In this document: positions 18,149 through 27,480 of the stretch, piece after piece
How positions within the stretch are numbered: position 1 is the stretch's first letter
Layout of the letters: every line of letters starts with the position of its first letter
Virus record (IMG/VR): IMGVR_UViG_2862281513_000001
Location: 32,001 to 96,000 of that record
DNA length: 64,000 bases
Origin: a virus
Taxonomy: Duplodnaviria; Caudoviricetes
Strand: one strand, 5' to 3'
Notes under the pieces: model-generated
Databases searched by the model: none
Told to the model about the DNA's origin: nothing
Seen by the model: only the letters and a program-made list of their open reading frames with translations
Made by a program: the position numbers and the translations under genes

Positions 18149-18816
18149 TCGTCACCGTCGTGCTCGTCGCCGGCCGGGTCGGGCTCGTCCTCCTGGTCCT
18201 CGCCGTCGAGCGGGTAGCTCTCCTCGCCATCGTCCTCGTCGTCGCTGCCGTCGGTGGCCTGCGCGCGGCGGGCGACGGTCGCCGCCAGCTCGGCGAGGCG
18301 TACGCGCCGCTGCTCCGGGGGCAGGCCGGCGAACTCCTCGATCTGCACGCTGAGCGGGTCGCCTCCGGGGCCGGTGACCGCGATCGTGGCGGTCGGATCG
18401 CCGAGGAGGGTGCGGCGCCACTTCATCGTCGTGTCCACGAAGCGGGTGAACTCGGCAAGCGTCATGTCGGGGGCCAGCTGCTGCACGCGGGGCAGCGCCT
18501 GGCCGATCATGCCGGTCATGATCCGGAGCACGCGGACGTCTTCGCGGGCTGCTCGTCGGCGCTCCTCTTCCATCTCGGCGGCGTATTGGCGGGAGAGGTG
18601 GGCGTCCCAGGCGGCGACGCGTTCCTGCCAGCGGAAGCGGGTCGCGGTGACCTGGGCGCTGCGGTGGGTCCAGTTCAAGACCTCTGCAACGGCGCTCAGT
18701 GAGCGTGCAATGCCTTGGTCGCGGAATGTGAGGAACTGGCCATGCCTCTTAGCGGTTTCTCCGGACTGTCGCTCCCAGGGGTCCAGGGAGGGGTCGAGGG
18801 TGATGCGGTCGCTCAT
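18145..18816 (-). CDS. Putative terminase small subunit
   Basis: PWERQ.GET...F..FRDQG..RSL..VA...W.ERVAAWD; stop overlaps the large-subunit start. Confidence 0.75.
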   Translation of the reverse strand: MSDRITLDPSLDPWERQSGETAKRHGQFLTFRDQGIARSLSAVAEVLNWTHRSAQVTATRFRWQERVAAWDAHLSRQYAAEMEEERRRAAREDVRVLRIMTGMIGQALPRVQQLAPDMTLAEFTRFVDTTMKWRRTLLGDPTATIAVTGPGGDPLSVQIEEFAGLPPEQRRVRLAELAATVARRAQATDGSDDEDDGEESYPLDGEDQEDEPDPAGDEHDGDE

Positions 18817-18845
18817 GTTGGTCACGATCCCTGGGGGTGTGGAGG

Positions 18846-18878
18846 CCCGTAGAGGGGACGCGTGTGCCCCTCTACGGG
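18846..18878. terminator. Hairpin between the ParB-like gene and terminase small subunit
   Basis: CCCGTAGAGGGG/CCCCTCTACGGG perfect 12-bp stem. Confidence 0.55.
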
Positions 18879-18896
18879 TCTGGTGACGTGCGGGGC

Positions 18897-19742
18897 TTAG
18901 GTGGCGGCTGGCTCGTCCTGCTCGGCGGCCTGCTTGGCGTGTTCTTCGACTTCGCGGCGGGCGATGTCGGTGAGGAGCGCGATCATCGTGGTGAAGTTCC
19001 GGACGTCCTTGCACCGGCCGAAGGCGTACACCGCGGCGGCGAACCCCTCGAACACCTCGACGGGGGCGACGCCGACCAGGTCGGTGCCGTTGGCGATGGC
19101 GGTGACGGCGCCCTTGAAGTCCTCCATCTGGTGCGGGAGGAACATGAGCGTGGCGGCGCGCCAGTCGAACTCGCCGTGCGGGATCGCGAGCTTCGTGTCG
19201 TCCGGCTCCACGGTGGGGAGCTGGTCCTCGTCGAGGCCGGTGGCGATCAGGTCGTCCACGTTGTCGATCATCGCGACGAGCTGGGCGAGGACGTCCTTGT
19301 CGGGGTCGCCGTGCAGCTCGTTGTGCGCGATCTGCTTCGCGATGACCTCGGAGCGCCGCATCGTGCGGGTGTCGACGATGACGGGGATCCGGGCGAGGCC
19401 CGCGGCCCGTGCCGCCCGGGAGCGGTGGTGGCCCGAGATCACCTCGACGGGGCCGGCGCCGCCGGGCTGGTGGCAGTAGGGCAGCGATTCGAGCATGCCG
19501 CGCTTGCGGATGTTGCCGGTGAGCCGCTCGAAGTGCCGCGGCTGCATCACCTGCGCGTTGATGTCCTGCTCGCGGAGCGTGGTGACGTCGACCCACTTGA
19601 TGAACAGGTCCTCGCCGATCTGCATGACGTCCTGCGGCGGGTTCTCCGTCGACCACTCCACCTTGGCGCCGGCCTGCACCACCTCCCCCAGCTCGCCCGG
19701 CGTGAGCAGCTCCGGCTCGCCCTCCGGGGCCGGGGTGGTCAC
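18897..19742 (-). CDS. ParB/sulfiredoxin-like N-terminal domain protein
   Basis: NAQVM...L..NI...G...ISGHHR.RAA...G...IPV; GTG overlaps the upstream stop. Confidence 0.85.
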   Translation of the reverse strand: MTTPAPEGEPELLTPGELGEVVQAGAKVEWSTENPPQDVMQIGEDLFIKWVDVTTLREQDINAQVMQPRHFERLTGNIRKRGMLESLPYCHQPGGAGPVEVISGHHRSRAARAAGLARIPVIVDTRTMRRSEVIAKQIAHNELHGDPDKDVLAQLVAMIDNVDDLIATGLDEDQLPTVEPDDTKLAIPHGEFDWRAATLMFLPHQMEDFKGAVTAIANGTDLVGVAPVEVFEGFAAAVYAFGRCKDVRNFTTMIALLTDIARREVEEHAKQAAEQDEPAAT

Positions 19743-21193
19743 TTCTTCGCCTTCTTGCGGCTTGCGCGCCATGCCTTCTCCTTCGCGAGGAACGTGGTGA
19801 GGGTGGTGGGGATGTCGTCCTGGACCCAGTCGGCGCGGTACGACAGCTTGTAGCCGTCCGGGTGCTTGGCCCGGGACTCGAGTTGCATCAGCCCGCGCAG
19901 GCCCTTGGCCTCGGGGTGCCGGGTGTACTCGACGGTGACGAGGCCGTTCGACGCGGCGAGGAGGATCTCCGAGGCGCCGGTGAACACGAGCTTCGCGGTG
20001 TCGCGGCGCAGCGCGAGCATCGTCGCGAGGCGGGTCAGGCGCAGGTCGTAGTGCGGGGCGCCGAACGCGAACCGCATCAGCAGGTGCGTCGTGTACTTCG
20101 TGGCGCCGGGGTACGGGCGGGTCATCGTCTCCGCGCCGTAGCCGATGACGCCGGCCACGAAGCCGTCGATGACGACGAGCATGTTGTACGAGCCGGGCGC
20201 GGCGGCGAGCCGGTGCATCCACAGGTCGCGGTAGTAATCAACCTCCGTCCCCTTTGCCGCAAGTACGCCAACGCGGGACTGGTCGGTGACCTGGTAGTCC
20301 GGGGGGATGATCGGTAGGGAGGTAGGGCCGGTCGACCGGGACATGCCCAGGGCGACCTTGGGGCCTCCCGTGAGCTTGAAAATCTCCTCGGGCCGGTTGC
20401 TGATGACGAAGGCGCGGGCGACGTCGCCGAGGGGGTGGGCGAACACCGGGGTCTCGTGCGCGGCGATCCCGGAGCGCTCCTCCTGGAGGAACATCAGCAG
20501 CGCCGGCTTGTCCCGCATATGGTCGGCGAGCCGCTGCATGTCGACGTCCGGGTCGAACACCGCGTACTTCGGTTCGGCCCACTCGATGCGGCCGCCGGTG
20601 TCGAAGAACTTCTCGAAGCCGGCCTTGTAGGTGGGCGGCGCCGCGATGATGATCGCGTGCGGGTCGTCCTCGGCGAGGGCGATGTGGTCCCACATGCACA
20701 TCGGGGTGAACTTGACGCCGGGGAGCCGGTCGCCGATCTGCTTCAAGGAGCCGGCGAGCCGGGCCTTGTGCTCGGCCTCGCGCTCGACCATGTCGGTGAC
20801 GAGGTTCGTCCAGTAGTCCACCTCGGGCTTGGCCTGCATGCGGGCCAGCCAGTGGACGTACAGGAGGTGCGCGGCCTGCTCGTGGGGCGGCGCGTCGGGG
20901 ATCTCGACGGGCTCGCCGTCGAGCGTCATGCCCAGGCCGGCCAGATCGCCGCCGGACACGTACGTGCCGACGATGCCGGTGTACAGGGTGACGTCCGAGG
21001 TCTCCATGCACGTCGGCGGGATACCGGCGTTGGCGGCGACGAGGGCCGCGGCGAACGAGCCCACGCCGACCTCGACGTACCGGGTGTACTGGTCGCGGGG
21101 CAGCTTGTTGAAGACCTGCCGGTAGAAGGCGCGGTCCGGGGCGGACGAGTTCCCGGCGAAGAGGACGCCGGGTGCTGCGAAACCTGCTGGCAT
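19739..21193 (-). CDS. DNA adenine methyltransferase-like protein with extra C-terminal domain
   Basis: YVEVGVGSFA (motif I-like) and IIIAAPPTY (motif IV-like); coupled to the ParB-like gene. Confidence 0.6.
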   Translation of the reverse strand: MPAGFAAPGVLFAGNSSAPDRAFYRQVFNKLPRDQYTRYVEVGVGSFAAALVAANAGIPPTCMETSDVTLYTGIVGTYVSGGDLAGLGMTLDGEPVEIPDAPPHEQAAHLLYVHWLARMQAKPEVDYWTNLVTDMVEREAEHKARLAGSLKQIGDRLPGVKFTPMCMWDHIALAEDDPHAIIIAAPPTYKAGFEKFFDTGGRIEWAEPKYAVFDPDVDMQRLADHMRDKPALLMFLQEERSGIAAHETPVFAHPLGDVARAFVISNRPEEIFKLTGGPKVALGMSRSTGPTSLPIIPPDYQVTDQSRVGVLAAKGTEVDYYRDLWMHRLAAAPGSYNMLVVIDGFVAGVIGYGAETMTRPYPGATKYTTHLLMRFAFGAPHYDLRLTRLATMLALRRDTAKLVFTGASEILLAASNGLVTVEYTRHPEAKGLRGLMQLESRAKHPDGYKLSYRADWVQDDIPTTLTTFLAKEKAWRASRKKAKK

Positions 21194-21502
21194 GGGAGTC
21201 CCAGGGGGTCAGCGGTCCGCTCGGCCCACAACCAGCAGCGTTCGGGGGCACAGGGTAGCCGCTGACCTGCTAGGGAGGTGCGGCGGCGTCTGCCAGCAAT
21301 GCGCTACGCCGCCAACAATGCCGGAACTTTGCTCGGCAACGCCTGACCGGCGAAGTTGTGGACGAAAGTTGCGCGAGCAGCATTTGTAAAGTTGCTGGCA
21401 GCGCACAATGCAGCGTTCGCGAACGACTTACCCTGAACGCTCCCCGTAGTTTTGCTCCAAGAATCATTGGTAAGCTCGTACCGCGTTACGGCGCAATAAT
21501 GG

Positions 21503-21565
21503 AAAACAGGCAGGGCCCCGCCCTCCCGCAGGTTGCCGCCCGCGGACCACGAGGACGAGGCCCTG
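21503..21565 (-). terminator. Intrinsic terminator on minus strand
   Basis: 15-bp stem whose two mismatches are G-U on minus; followed by CCTGTTTT. Confidence 0.55.
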
Positions 21566-21878
21566 AGGTGGTGTGGGCCCTGGCTGAGCTTCGCTCAGTT
21601 GGGGCTCACGCGCGTCACGGACAGTGCTCGACGAGCCAGGCGATCACAAGGAACACCTCACAGCTCGCGCTCACACGCCCCGAAGAGACGTGCGGCCGTA
21701 CGTGTCGCTGCCACCGATCTCTCAACCAGCGAAACGGCTTCAAGATCGGCTCCCTCCGTCACCCGGGGAAAACCCCGGACTGCGGGGAACGCGGCTGCGC
21801 CCCCGCGCGGTGGGTGCGTCCTGCGTCCCCTCGAAGGGAGCAATCCGAAAGATACCGTGAGCGCCGCAGTATTCCCCA
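21566..21878 (-). ncRNA. Candidate structured non-coding RNA
   Basis: Dense nested stems, several with minus-strand G-U pairs; no convincing ORF; ends at a terminator; next to a tRNA. Confidence 0.4.
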
Positions 21879-22093
21879 ATCGAAGTCGGTACGCGCATGT
21901 GCCTTTTTGCGATTCGGACGACTAGCCGCAGGTCAGGTCACGTTGAGGCTCCGTCAGCGCGTCTTAAAAAGCCGACATTTCGCGGTAGCCGCATTGCGCA
22001 CGGGCATTCGTGCGCCGCATCGACCCGATTGCCCGCGCCTTCACGCCCAACACGCGTCCGCTCCCCGACCGAGGGGCCGGGGAGCGGATGAGG

Positions 22094-22170
22094 TGGACCG
22101 CGAGGGAGGACTCGAACCTCCAACCTCCGCCTTCGAGAGACGGTGCTCCATCCAATCGAGCTGCTCGCGG
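22094..22170 (-). tRNA. tRNA-Arg(UCG)-like, with non-canonical C8/G14/C33
   Basis: Cloverleaf: CCGCGAG acceptor, GCTC/GAGC D arm with GG-A20, CCGTC-TCTCGAA-GGCGG, GGAGG-TTCGAGT-CCTCC, encoded CCA. Confidence 0.85.
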
Positions 22171-22306
22171 ACGGCCGTGACGCCGAGTCAGAATGTTAGC
22201 AGTTGCCCTTCCTTGACCCACCTTGCCCAAGTCCGTGCGGGTGATGGGGGTTGGCGAATGGCCGAGGGCCGGGGAGATGCCTCCCCGGCCCTCGGACCAG
22301 CTGCGG

Positions 22307-22825
22307 TCAGAACAGCGTCGGCGGCTCCTCCGCCTTCGGCTTGTCCGGCCGGGCCGCGACAGCTCCTCCGCGCGGCTCCAGTTCCGGGATGTCCCAGCCG
22401 TACCGCTTCTGGGCCCACTCCGCGTACCAACGACGGTGGCACTCCTCGCCCTTCTCGGCGACCGCCTCGAAGCACATCAGGCAGGCCGGCGTCTCCGGGT
22501 ACCGCTTGGCCAGCTCCTGGAGCGCGGCGAGGATCTCGTGCTCGTACACCCGCAGCCGCTCGAAGTAGACGATCCGCTCGACCGCGATGTTGTCGATGCC
22601 CTTGAGCGGGCCGCGCATCAGCTCGTGCGGGGCGAGCACCGGGACACTCTCGAAGCTGTAGCGGACGAAGCGGGGCCGTCCAACGGTGATGCCGACGGGC
22701 AGGATGCCGAGCTCCGGCCGCCAATTCTGATACCTGGTCGTGCTCAGCTCCATCGGCTGGCGGACCTCGATCCGTTCTACCGGCTGTTCCGGCCCTTCCA
22801 GGTTGAGCTTGCGTACGTCGAGCAC
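22307..22825 (-). CDS. DUF488-like protein
   Basis: LAP...Y..RL...LMCFE...CHRR motif; GAAAGG RBS with GTG. Confidence 0.75.
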   Translation of the reverse strand: MLDVRKLNLEGPEQPVERIEVRQPMELSTTRYQNWRPELGILPVGITVGRPRFVRYSFESVPVLAPHELMRGPLKGIDNIAVERIVYFERLRVYEHEILAALQELAKRYPETPACLMCFEAVAEKGEECHRRWYAEWAQKRYGWDIPELEPRGGAVAARPDKPKAEEPPTLF

Positions 22826-22866
22826 CGGTCTGCGCCTTTCTGTGGTGGTGTGTCCTGCTCTCATCA

Positions 22867-22915
22867 TTGACCAATTCGCCGGGTTTACCCTCATAATCCC
22901 GTTGAATTTGGCCCA
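22867..22915 (-). repeat. Array repeat copy 1 (49-bp core, diverged)
   Basis: TCATCA-TTGACC...TTTGGCCCA. Confidence 0.8.
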
Positions 22916-22942
22916 GGGGCCCCGCCGTGTGCGGGGCCCCTG
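22914..22942. terminator. Hairpin downstream of parB
   Basis: CAGGGGCCCCGC/GCGGGGCCCCTG. Confidence 0.6.
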
Positions 22943-22953
22943 CGCCTCCTGGG

Positions 22954-24129
22954 CTAGGAGGCGCTGGTCTCGGTGGTGTTGGTGGCCTCGGCGTCCGGGG
23001 CGACCCGGAGGGCACCCGCGCGGACCGTGGCCGCGGTCGCCGCCTTGGCCAGGTTCTGGGACGCCTTCGTGGCCACCTGGCGCAGGTGGTCGATGCGCAT
23101 CCGGTTGCCGGGGATCCCGCCGTGCGCACCCGCGAGGAGGAGCGCCAGCTCGTCGGGGTCCATGCTGGCGATCTCCTGGAGGATCTCGCCGGCCGCGCCC
23201 AGCTTGCCGATCTTGCCAACCAGCTTGTTGCGGTCGCTCATGATCCGCTCACGCCGGTCGACGTCGGCCTCGGCCAGCTCCGGGAACATCGTGTCGTCGA
23301 CCTTGCTCGGGTCGGCGTCCTCGGCCAGGACGAACATGACGCTCTGGCTGGCCGCGTCCTGCTCCTCGGCCCGGACCCGCTGGCAGAAGCCCTCAGCATC
23401 CCTGATCGTCGCGAACTGGCCCCGGCTCCAGCGGGCGAGGAACGCGTTCTGGTTGGCCGGGCTGATCTGCGCCGCGTACCAGGCCAGGCCGACCGGGACG
23501 TGGCCCTTGAGGAGCGCCTCCTGCACGGCGGGCACGAGCTTGAGGAGCTGGAGCCGGTTGTCGACGTGGTTCCAGCTCTTGCCGATCCGCTTTGCCACCT
23601 CTTCGGGGGTGAGGCCGAAGTCCACCAGCTTCTGGAACGCGTTGGCCTCCTCCAGCGGGGTCATGTCGGCCCGGCCGAGGTTCTCGGCGACCGACCGGGT
23701 GAAGCCCTCCAGCGTCTCCGAGCCGCCTTCCAGGCCGTGCATCACCATCGCCGGGATCGTGGCCACGCCCGCCATCTGGGAGGCCCTCCAGCGGCGCTCA
23801 CCGGAGATGAGCCGGTACTTGCCGCGGCTGATGTAGCGGACGGTGATGGCCTGCTGGACGCCGATTTCCTTGATGCTGTCGGCCAGCTCCTGGAGCTTCT
23901 CCTCGTCGAAGACCTCGCGGGGCTGGTTCTCGTCCCGCTCGATGTTCTCGATTGGGAGGACCTTCAGCGTAGTCTTCAGCTCGGCCGGTGCCGCCGGGGC
24001 GGGGGCCGCGGCCTTCTTGGCCGGGGCCTTGCGGGCGGTGGGCGCCTTCTTGGCCGCGTCCTTCTTGGCGGGGGCCTTGCCGGTGGCCTTCTTGGCGGCC
24101 TTGGGGGTGGCGGTGGTGGTGGCGGTCAT
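22954..24129 (-). CDS. parB: ParB/RepB/Spo0J family protein with histone-like (AKK) N-terminal tail
   Basis: NQPR..FD...L.ELA.SI...G, LISGERRWRA, ENL.R.DMTPLEEA, HTH. Confidence 0.92.
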   Translation of the reverse strand: MTATTTATPKAAKKATGKAPAKKDAAKKAPTARKAPAKKAAAPAPAAPAELKTTLKVLPIENIERDENQPREVFDEEKLQELADSIKEIGVQQAITVRYISRGKYRLISGERRWRASQMAGVATIPAMVMHGLEGGSETLEGFTRSVAENLGRADMTPLEEANAFQKLVDFGLTPEEVAKRIGKSWNHVDNRLQLLKLVPAVQEALLKGHVPVGLAWYAAQISPANQNAFLARWSRGQFATIRDAEGFCQRVRAEEQDAASQSVMFVLAEDADPSKVDDTMFPELAEADVDRRERIMSDRNKLVGKIGKLGAAGEILQEIASMDPDELALLLAGAHGGIPGNRMRIDHLRQVATKASQNLAKAATAATVRAGALRVAPDAEATNTTETSAS

Positions 24130-24176
24130 GGTGCCCTCCGTGGTGAGTGGGTGGGTGGTGTGTCGTGCATTCATCA

Positions 24177-24251
24177 TTGACCAAGAGCTTCGGGATAACC
24201 TCGGTTTACCGATTGATTTGGTCAAGGGATCGGCAAGTATGCCCAGGTCAG
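24177..24251 (-). repeat. Array repeat copy 2
   Basis: Core 24177-24225 plus distal CAGGTCAG. Confidence 0.9.
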
Positions 24252-24298
24252 GGCCTTGCCGGGGGCCGCCCGCCCGAGGGCAGGCGGCCCGCCGTCCG

Positions 24299-24613
24299 CT
24301 AGATGAAGCGGGCCAGCTCGCGGGCCCCGCGGGTGATGATGTTGTCCTCGCCGCCCCGGAGCAGGGCGCGGGTGGCGGCCATCAGGTCGCGGCGGGCCTG
24401 CTCGCGGTGCGCGATGGCCTCCCGACGGATCTTCTCGCCGGCCGCGATCAGCCGCTCGGCGTCCAGCTGGCCCTTGGTGACGCTGCGGCGGATCTCGCAC
24501 GCCCAGGCGACCTGCTCGCTGCGGATCAGGCGCTTGACGAGGTCGAGCGCATCGTCCGCGTCGCCCGCGCCCGCGATCAGCTCGGTCTCTTCGAGGAGGG
24601 TAGCGAGGTCCAT
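24299..24613 (-). CDS. Hypothetical protein
   Basis: GGGAG RBS, directly after a repeat. Confidence 0.75.
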   Translation of the reverse strand: MDLATLLEETELIAGAGDADDALDLVKRLIRSEQVAWACEIRRSVTKGQLDAERLIAAGEKIRREAIAHREQARRDLMAATRALLRGGEDNIITRGARELARFI

Positions 24614-24655
24614 CGTGCACTCCCTGGTGGGTGGTGGTGTGTCCTGCATTCATCC

Positions 24656-24730
24656 TTCCGCCAACCCTCCGGGCCAACCTCGTTATCCCGGGAAGTTTGG
24701 TCAAGGAATCGTCAGGAAACCGCAGGTCAG
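24656..24730 (-). repeat. Array repeat copy 3 (contains upstream stop at 24727)
   Basis: Core 24656-24704 plus CGCAGGTCAG. Confidence 0.9.
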
Positions 24731-25389
24731 AGGCCGAACAACCCGTCCTGTACCGGCTCGGCGACCGGCGCCGTGGCGGGCTTGCCGTGGACCAGGTGCT
24801 CGGCGACCGTCCATCCGGTCCACGCGGGCGGCGTCTCGCCTCGCCGGCTGCTGTTGCCGGTGAGGACGAGCAGGTCGGCGCGGGCGAGGTGGACCGTGCC
24901 GTCGAGGATCAGCCACACCTCGCAGCGGGGCAGGCCGAGCGCGGTGATCATGGCCAGGTGGTGGATGTCGCCCCATCCGGCGTGCAGTGCACCAGGAGCG
25001 ACCCAGACCCACGTGCCGAGGTTCACGTCGCCCGGTCCGGCCGGGGTGTGCCGGTAGGGCGGGCGCTGCCGTACAGGCCGCGGTGGCTTCGGCGGGTAGA
25101 AGTGGCTCGGCGGGTAGTGCGGCTGGCGGGCCTCTTTGAGTTCGGCGGCCTGCCACCGGGTGACGTCGGCCGGGGTGTAGCAGAGGGGGCCGACGTGCCA
25201 CTTGCGGGGCGTCGTCTTGTCCCGCCAGACGGCCGCGCCGCAGGTGCAGCGGCTTTCCGACAGGTGCTCTCGTGCGGGTCCGCAGGGCCAGGCGGTGTTG
25301 CACGGGCGGCAGGCCGGCTGGCCGCTGTCCAGGCCGTGCGGGAGGTGGTGGTCGGGCAGGCGGATCGGCCGGATCGTCCAGGGCCTCAC
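24727..25389 (-). CDS. Hypothetical Cys/His-rich protein
   Basis: GTG start after AAGGA; CRPC..WPC, CTCG; ends QDGLFGL. Confidence 0.65.
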   Translation of the reverse strand: MRPWTIRPIRLPDHHLPHGLDSGQPACRPCNTAWPCGPAREHLSESRCTCGAAVWRDKTTPRKWHVGPLCYTPADVTRWQAAELKEARQPHYPPSHFYPPKPPRPVRQRPPYRHTPAGPGDVNLGTWVWVAPGALHAGWGDIHHLAMITALGLPRCEVWLILDGTVHLARADLLVLTGNSSRRGETPPAWTGWTVAEHLVHGKPATAPVAEPVQDGLFGL

Positions 25390-25469
25390 TGGGGCGTCCT
25401 TTCCGGGTGCGGTGGGTGGAGGATGGGCGCGGGCCGGGGAGCGCTCCCTGCTCCCCGGCCCGCCGGCTG

Positions 25470-26168
25470 CTACTGGCTCAGGACGTGGACGGCCTTGCCC
25501 GGACGGCGGGGCGAGTAGCACAGGTACTCGCCCCATTCGTCGTTCACGCCCTTGCCGGTGCGGTCCCAGACGAGCGTCCGGTCGCACTGGGCGCACGTTC
25601 CGGCGTCCTCCCCCGGCCTGCCCTGCTGCGGGAGGGTGTTGAGGAGGCGGACGGCTTCGGGCAGGCAGGTCGCGGTGTGGACGGTGGCGGTGGGGTCGAC
25701 GGGCGCCTGGTGCAGCTGCTCGGACGCGGTCGTGGCATCCGGGACGATCACGGTGGTGAGGCCGTCGGCGGCGGCGGCGTTGACGCTGGCGAGGATGCCC
25801 TCGGGGGCGCGCAGCCAGCCGGCCAGGTCGAGTTCGCCGGTTACCGCGATGCGGTCGAGGGCCCCCTCGTGGATGTGGCCGGCCGCGGCGAGGATGGCGC
25901 AGGCGATGGCGAGGTCGGACAGGGTGCCGTACGGGCGGTGGTCGTCCCGGGTGACCTGCACGTTGACGGTGCCGTCGGGCCACTCGTAGCCGCTGTTGAT
26001 GAGGGCCGCGCGGATGCGGTCGCGGGTCTCGCGCTCGTGGTCGACGCCGAGGATGACGCTGGCGTCGGGGGCGTCGGGCCAGATCCGGGCGAGGACCGTT
26101 GCGATGCCGTCGGCGGTGCCGACCCGGGCGGTCGCGCGGCGTTCGGTGGGGGTGCGGCTGTCGTTCAT
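25470..26168 (-). CDS. ComM/YifB (Mg-chelatase-like) N-terminal domain only, plus small Cys domain
   Basis: ETRDRIRAALINSGYEWP, DLAIACAILAA.G, GELDL.G; no Walker motifs. Confidence 0.8.
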   Translation of the reverse strand: MNDSRTPTERRATARVGTADGIATVLARIWPDAPDASVILGVDHERETRDRIRAALINSGYEWPDGTVNVQVTRDDHRPYGTLSDLAIACAILAAAGHIHEGALDRIAVTGELDLAGWLRAPEGILASVNAAAADGLTTVIVPDATTASEQLHQAPVDPTATVHTATCLPEAVRLLNTLPQQGRPGEDAGTCAQCDRTLVWDRTGKGVNDEWGEYLCYSPRRPGKAVHVLSQ

Positions 26169-26292
26169 GGCGGTGGCCTTTCTGGTGAGCGGAGGCGCCG
26201 GGGTGGCGGTTCCGGGGCGGGCGGCGCGCACCAGGCCCGTGGGCCTGTCGCGCCGCCCGCCCCGGGGGCGGCCGGCCGGCCGCCCGGCCGGG

Positions 26293-26508
26293 TCAGAAGC
26301 CGAACTCGCAGTACTCGCAGAACGTCGTCCGCACCTCCCCCTTGTTGTTGGTGAGCGGGACCAGGTCCTCGCCGCAGTCGCCGCAGACGCCGAAGTCGGT
26401 GACCGGCAGGGGGGTGCTGACGGGCGCCGCCGGGAGGACGGGCGCGGGGCTGACGTTGACCGTCGCGGTGACCGTGCCGGTGCTGTTGCTGATGAGGAGG
26501 ATCGCCAT
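26293..26508 (-). CDS. Small zinc-ribbon protein
   Basis: CGDCG...FCEYC; paralog of 48868-49068. Confidence 0.7.
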   Translation of the reverse strand: MAILLISNSTGTVTATVNVSPAPVLPAAPVSTPLPVTDFGVCGDCGEDLVPLTNNKGEVRTTFCEYCEFGF

Positions 26509-26553
26509 CGGGTGCTCCCTGGTGGTTGGTGGTGTGTTGTCCTGCATTCATCC

Positions 26554-26629
26554 TTCCACCACCCTCCCGGGATAACCTCGTTATCCCGGGAAGTTTGGTC
26601 AAGGAATCGTCAGTGAAACCGCAGGTCAG
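26554..26629 (-). repeat. Array repeat copy 4 (contains upstream stop at 26626)
   Basis: TCCCGGGATAAC-CTC-GTTATCCCGGGA perfect inner palindrome. Confidence 0.92.
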
Positions 26630-27417
26630 CCCTCCTCGGCGAGCAGCTGGAGGGCGGTGACCGCGGCGGTCAGTCGGCGGGCGCCGATGACGTCGAGCTT
26701 GAGCCCCAGGGCGAGGACGTCGCGGACCTGGTCGGTGGGGACGATGACGGTGCGGTAGCCGTTGGCGTGGGCGGTTCGGGCCGCGTCGTCGATTCCGGGC
26801 AGTGCCTCGACCGCGCCGCTGTGGCTGTTCAGCTCGCCGAGGAGCACGGCCTGGTCGAGGGCGCGCGGGTCGAGCTGGCCGCTGGCCGCGAGGAGGGCGC
26901 AGGCGGCCGCGAGGTCGAGGGTGCTGGTGACGTTGCGGTGATGGTCGATGCGGACAGACACCGCACCGCCGGGGAAGGTGAAGCCGCTGCGGGTGATCGC
27001 GTCGCGGATCCGGACGTCTGCCGTGCTGTCGTACTGGTTCCAGCCGGCGATCCGGAAGCTGTCCGCGCCGGGCCAGACCGTGGCCTCGACGAGCACCATG
27101 CCGGCCTTGGCGGCGCCGCTGGCGTGGGCGGCGGTGACGGCGAGGTTGCTGGTGTTGCTGTTCGGGGCGAGCGCGTACTCGGGGTTGCCGGATGCCTGCC
27201 GCAGGCCCTCGAGGAAGCTGTCGAGCGCCTCGGCCGCGGTGGCGCCCTTGATGATGTTGACCTCGCCGAGGGCGTCGGCCGCCTCGACGTCCAGCTCCTC
27301 GACGACGACCTGCCTGCGGGTGAGGTCGACGGGGGCGGGCGCGATGTCCCACAGGGTGTAGCTGGCTGCGTCGACGCGGCCGACGATGATGAACTCGGGG
27401 GTCCGGGTGGCGGTCAT
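26626..27417 (-). CDS. Second ComM/YifB N-terminal-domain protein with N-terminal extension
   Basis: RIRDAITRSGFTFP, LDLAAACALLAASGQ, LGEL; no AAA+ domain. Confidence 0.8.
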   Translation of the reverse strand: MTATRTPEFIIVGRVDAASYTLWDIAPAPVDLTRRQVVVEELDVEAADALGEVNIIKGATAAEALDSFLEGLRQASGNPEYALAPNSNTSNLAVTAAHASGAAKAGMVLVEATVWPGADSFRIAGWNQYDSTADVRIRDAITRSGFTFPGGAVSVRIDHHRNVTSTLDLAAACALLAASGQLDPRALDQAVLLGELNSHSGAVEALPGIDDAARTAHANGYRTVIVPTDQVRDVLALGLKLDVIGARRLTAAVTALQLLAEEG

Positions 27418-27480
27418 GGCTGTCTCCTTGGTGGTGAGGTGGGGGCGGGCTGGGGGCGGCCGGCCGGCCGCCCCGGCGGT

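Noticed and set aside
22094-22170. tRNA as attachment site or prophage boundary
   Set aside because: Element genes continue on both sides, no integrase is adjacent and I saw no duplicated tRNA 3' end
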